DNA of 64,000 nucleotides from Microthyrium microscopicum (Eukaryota): NCBI GenBank assembly GCA_010405405.1, contig MU004232.1, positions 2,375,481 to 2,439,480 of the forward strand, read 5' to 3'. Shown piece by piece: positions 59,566 to 64,000 of this stretch (position 1 is its first letter; each line of letters starts with the position of its first letter). The notes under the pieces were generated by a model. It saw only the letters and a program-made list of their open reading frames with translations, ran no database searches and was not told where the DNA came from. The position numbers and the translations under genes were made by a program.

Positions 59566-62080
59566 TTAAGGGTTGTGCACAGGATAATCGCCAACCTGTC
59601 GGAATGGAGATGCGGAGCGAGCCAAGATACGCTCGATGCTATCCTTTGATTTGTTGATTGCTGAGAAAGACACGAATGGGGAAGGCGGCCGCTCCAGCTC
59701 GTCGTCCGGAGACCATACAGGCGATTTGGGAGGGGGGTAAACAAGTTCTGGTATTGGTGTTGTGACGTTGGTAGCGGCATCGAGTTCTGGCGTTGGTATT
59801 GCCTCTTGAGAATGGCTTTGACCGCCCATCATGACATCTTCTGTGTTGCTTGTAGCAGGCCCTTCCGAGTCGAGTCGAAGGATCGGTTTACTATCTAGAT
59901 CTTTCAAAGTATCACCTGGGAGCGATCGTGTGTCGCTCTGTGGAGACTTCACTGGGACATTTGTCTGAAGTGGGCTCGGAATTGGTGTTTTGTTGGACGA
60001 TTTGCGAGAGACAACAGAGCCGACACTACCGGATGACACCTTTCTCTTTTTACGCGAGCGCAGAATTGCCTCGGGATCGGGTGATGATGCAAGTTCTGAT
60101 TCCTGTCGACGTTTTCTTACACGACTCTTTTCAGAACCCGCAAGGCTCGGGGTTGGAGAGTTTGGGATGGCAGATAGACGTGAGCTTTTGCGTGGCTCGA
60201 CATCTGGGAGCTGCTTGACGCCAACACTGCTATGGCGTGATGATGCCTTGGTCGACCTCGCTGCACCAGTGGAGAAATTTGATGGTGACATATTCCGAGA
60301 GCCATTAACAGAGTTCTCATCAAAAGCTGCAGGGCTGAGGACAGGAGGCATTGGCAACTCAATGTTCGGTTGCTCTACGCTTTGCACAAGAGCAGGCTCA
60401 GACACATTTTCGGTGGATGCAGCTTTCATCTTCGAAGCTTGCATGAGCAAATCAAATCCAAGTGTGTTGTGCTGAGGAATTGCGCTGTCTACTGTGGTTG
60501 GGATTGATAGCGTCGACGCTGTCGCTTCGACTTCCGTAGGCATGTTCTGATTTTCAGTCGCCTGAGCAGCACTAAGAATAAGACCGATGTTATCGTCAAT
60601 CTCGTGCTGCTCATTGACCGATGGAAGCTGATCAGTAGTAGTGGAAACCTCTTTTGGTTCGATAGGCTCGATTCCCTCGGTCGAGTTGCCGCTCTTTTCC
60701 GCCCATTGCTGAAGCAGTGAGTGAACTCGGTGTTGAGCAATATTCGTTTTGAGATATTTCTCTGTTTCAATCTGATCAACGCTACGAGAAAGACCGAGGG
60801 GATGGGCATTGGTAACATAAGGATCCGGAGCCTCCTGAAGGCCAGAGCTACTGGATTTGATTTCTGATCCAGCCTGGCTGTCTTTTGTGGAATTGGTGGC
60901 TCGGGGGCCGCCCTGCCAGCCTCCAGTATATGTCTTGAGGAGCTGGGCAACTCTGGTCTCACGCTCAGTGTTGACACGGCTTTGATATGCCGCTTCAATG
61001 TAAACCTTTTCGTACTCCTGTTGGCGCTCCAATAGAGCAAGTTCCTCTTCCAATTTGGAATCAACGGTATCCAGTCGCTTTTTCAATCGGTTATCGAGTA
61101 CAGCCATGATCTCTTGATATTCTGGGAGTTCCTCGTAAGCAGTCTCAGTCTCTTCTAGTTGGTCCAAAGATCTAGAGGCCAGCTCAGCAAGAATTGGCTT
61201 CAGTGACTTGGCAACACTTCGAAATGATGTCTTTAGGGTGAGTTGGCGGCGAAGAGCAGCTTCAATCTTGATATCCGCATTGGGTGCCCGACGCCGTCCA
61301 GGTGGACGTCTACCAGGACGGGCATCTTCTTTAGAATTCATACCATTGAGCGGGGTGCCAGTGCCTGGAGTTGGTGAAGGTTTTGCGGAACCTTTGACCG
61401 AACCTTTAGCTGAGCCTTTCATCGATTCTGCTGGAGTGCCAGTATTAGAAATTTGGAGTTTTCCTTTGCCTTTAGAATTGAAAGAGATTGTTAGCCTTTG
61501 TTCTCTGAGTTTGGGACGGACAAGTTCAGTTGCTTCATCTGAAACTGGACTAGGCCGGCTGTCTAGTGGTGGTTCGACCTCAATACCTGGAAGTGAAGTT
61601 GGGAGGGCTGTGGATGAGCCGACATCTGCGAGGTGGTCTTCATCTCCTGCCGCGGACGCTCTACTAGGACGTCGACGCAGAGAGTAACTACTCTCGACTG
61701 TGCTAGAGCCTCGTTTAGTACGCTTGACAGGCCGCGTTGAATCCGGGTCATGGTGGCCGTTGGCGAGGTTGCTATCTGATGAGTTTATTGGGCTAAAGCC
61801 GTTCATGGATGGATCCGGTGATAGAACAGCAGATTCATCCAAGAGCCGTTTTCGTCCTGAACCCAAAGCAGGAGTCTGCTGTGAGTTGGATTTGTTATTT
61901 GATATTTCACTGGTGGACTGAGTATTGGTTTGCAGAGCCAGTTTGGGTGTATTGGCGGCTGGAGCAGGCAAGCAGGTTAGATACCGCTGCTCAATTTTAA
62001 ATGAAATACATACCTTTGACAGACGAAGAATCCTGTCTACCCAAGGAACCTTTGTTCCGGGCACCGCGTTTGCCGCGCAT
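59566..62080 (-). CDS. Uncharacterised, largely disordered, probably nuclear protein with a central coiled-coil
   Basis: Exon 1 starts at ATG 62080 (MRGKRGARNK..), followed by a GTATGT..CTAAC..CAG intron (~62013-61959) and a long ORF. It has a conserved-looking block PGRRRAPNADIKIEAALRRQLTLK..LKPILAELA and NLS-like RSRKKRK. Confidence 0.75.
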
Positions 62081-63452
62081 GGTGGCCTTGATGGTTAGTT
62101 GACACTTGGGCTTCGTCAGCTTTCCAAGTTTTTGCTTTGCGGATACGGTAGGCACGGGCTTGGCTCTTCAAAGGAGTGTGGAGAGCAGAAGTGCAAAGTC
62201 AACCGCAAGAAATATTCAGATATGGCGTCAAAAGACGCTGCCTCAAATGGACAGGTCGCTTGAGGTTGAAAGCGTAGTGATAAACATTTGAGGGATTTGG
62301 TATTGGTGTTGTGAAGGGAGGAAGCTGAAACAGAACCGCCACGGATTTGCAAGAGCATGTAAAGAAGGATAACAAACAAGTGTTGCTAAAAACAGAGCAA
62401 ACATAGAAAGATGAAAACTTACAGTCAGACTCTTTGATGAAAATTCTCGAAGGAAATGAAGCGAGAAAAGGTCGGCAGAATCGGGATCTGAGTCGATCTT
62501 ATGTTGGCAGGCAGTGCTTCTTACAGGTGCGGCGATAACACGTAGTAGTTCATTCCAACCAACGGATGAAAGAAGTGACAGTGAAAACGAACAGATAGAA
62601 GATCTCTGGATTGTAGTGACGCCAGAGATTCCTTGTAAAAAAATTATGAGAGAGTAGAAAGGTGAAAGAGTGCTGGGCCAAGCAGCAAAATAGACGATGA
62701 ATGCTCAGCCAGCGTGAGCACAAAAGGAGAGTGGAAAAGAGAAGTAAGTACAATAGCAAAAGCAGAGCTATTGAAGATATCGTATCCTGATCAGTGAGGA
62801 TTGAACAAACAATTCATCTCCGTCTTAATCAGAAGACTCTGGACAGCAAGTCAGGGAGCAGCACGCGAATGATGGAAATGCGAAACCAATTCATCTCAAG
62901 TTCCGTTGGCTGTCAGTCCACCAACCCTACCCTTGGCTGCGCTTTACCAAACAGGAAGTCTCTATGCAATATTGCACTTTTGCAGTAATACTACAAACAT
63001 CAATACTAAATTTATCTACGGATTGCATTTTGATTTTACAAATTTGATAGACTTGATTGCTTTATCTCTTGCTCGCAAAACTTTCTCCGGGCCTCAATAA
63101 GCCTTATTTCGGATTATTGCCATTGATGTAGTCGATGCAATTGCCTCACTTGGATCAAGATAGACAAAGCGGAAGGAACGCACTTAAAACTGGCAGGAAT
63201 CCCTGGTCATCCCTGTCTGTTTGTCTCTCTGCTATACCCTATTTGGTATAGCACCGCTATTCTATTTGCGTGTGATCCTCATATCATGAAAAAATATCGA
63301 TCGTTGTCGTACATTTTCGGCTATGTCCCAAAGGTGACATGCCTAATAATCCCGAATATCCAGACTCCAGTGTATATGGAGATCCAGAAGCGCAGTACCT
63401 ATTATCATACATTTTGCACCACACTTACAACACCTTGCGTACAAACAGCAAT

Positions 63453-64000
63453 CTATAATTCATCCTTTGGCCCGTCATTTGACAAGTCTGGCATGGCCAT
63501 CATCTTGACCGTCAGGCTTGTCCAACCTGTAAAGTGCTGTGTCCGCTGTCCTTCACCTGTCTCGGGATTGTACTGCTCCCATGCAAATCCTGTAGAATCC
63601 CACGCCTTGGACACTGTGGAGACCAAGTTCTTTCGGAGTGAAATGTATACTTCCTTTGCCCGGGCTTGATTCGGGCCTTTGGTTTGTGCAACCTCCTATT
63701 GAAACTGTTAGCAGAGTGTCTGATCAATCAGTATAACGTCTAGATACTTACCAGAAGGCGCTGAAGAATTAGATAGTTCATGTTGATCCAGATCGGACTT
63801 CGCCAATAGTTCTCCGCAGAACCATAATGTTCATCACTTTTGCTCAGACTACGTATTCCATAGTCGCTCCATAACTCATTTGGATCTGAGATGACAGCGA
63901 GTAGCTTTGCGATCTTGGGATCCTCTGGTTTCATCAAACCGACCATGAATGGGAAGAGTGAAATGTAGCCTTTGTGGCAAACATGAACATCTTCCTCGTA
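63453..64000 (-). CDS. CWH41: Mannosyl-oligosaccharide glucosidase I (GH63), 3' end only
   Basis: VCHKGYISLFPF, LWSDYGIRSLS, NYWRSPIWINMNYL, TGFAWEQYNPETG and HFTGWTSL. Ends PKDEL* at 63453. Confidence 0.93.

Overview
This is a gene-dense 64 kb stretch of a filamentous ascomycete (Pezizomycotina) nuclear chromosome. The evidence is short GT/GC-AG introns with CTAAC branch sites and fungal housekeeping genes; finer taxonomy cannot be determined here. About 30 protein-coding loci can be read. Core genes: EIF1AD-like, ALG3, RIP1, POA1-like, MET5, RCF2, ITT1-like RBR ligase, CAX4, MID1, yapsin-like protease, RFC4, PPT1, SPT4, FAA2-like, POP8, ESS2-like, TIF6 and CWH41. Accessory islands: (i) 0-8.6 kb, with a small secreted Cys protein, a frameshifted CFEM-like receptor, a nonsense-interrupted ankyrin gene, a saponin-hydrolase-like beta-propeller and a hairpin-rich element; (ii) 23-27 kb, with an orphan P450 and an intron-hidden hydrophobin; (iii) 41.4-50.5 kb. 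Island (iii) holds the best candidate for an undescribed system. It is a head-to-head pair of an 'MSGFEV..' helical-N-terminus/kinase-like-C-terminus gene and a 'WAGNVGA..SLDYRLR'/C2H2 gene that runs in frame into a decaying, divergent Munc13/Git1-like module, which suggests a sensor-with-integrated-decoy plus executioner immune or allorecognition pair (inference). Separately, sharp C-rich to G/T-rich strand-skew switches recur about every 3-13 kb regardless of gene orientation. No rRNA, tRNA, CRISPR array or intact transposon was recognised. All gene models were spliced by eye.
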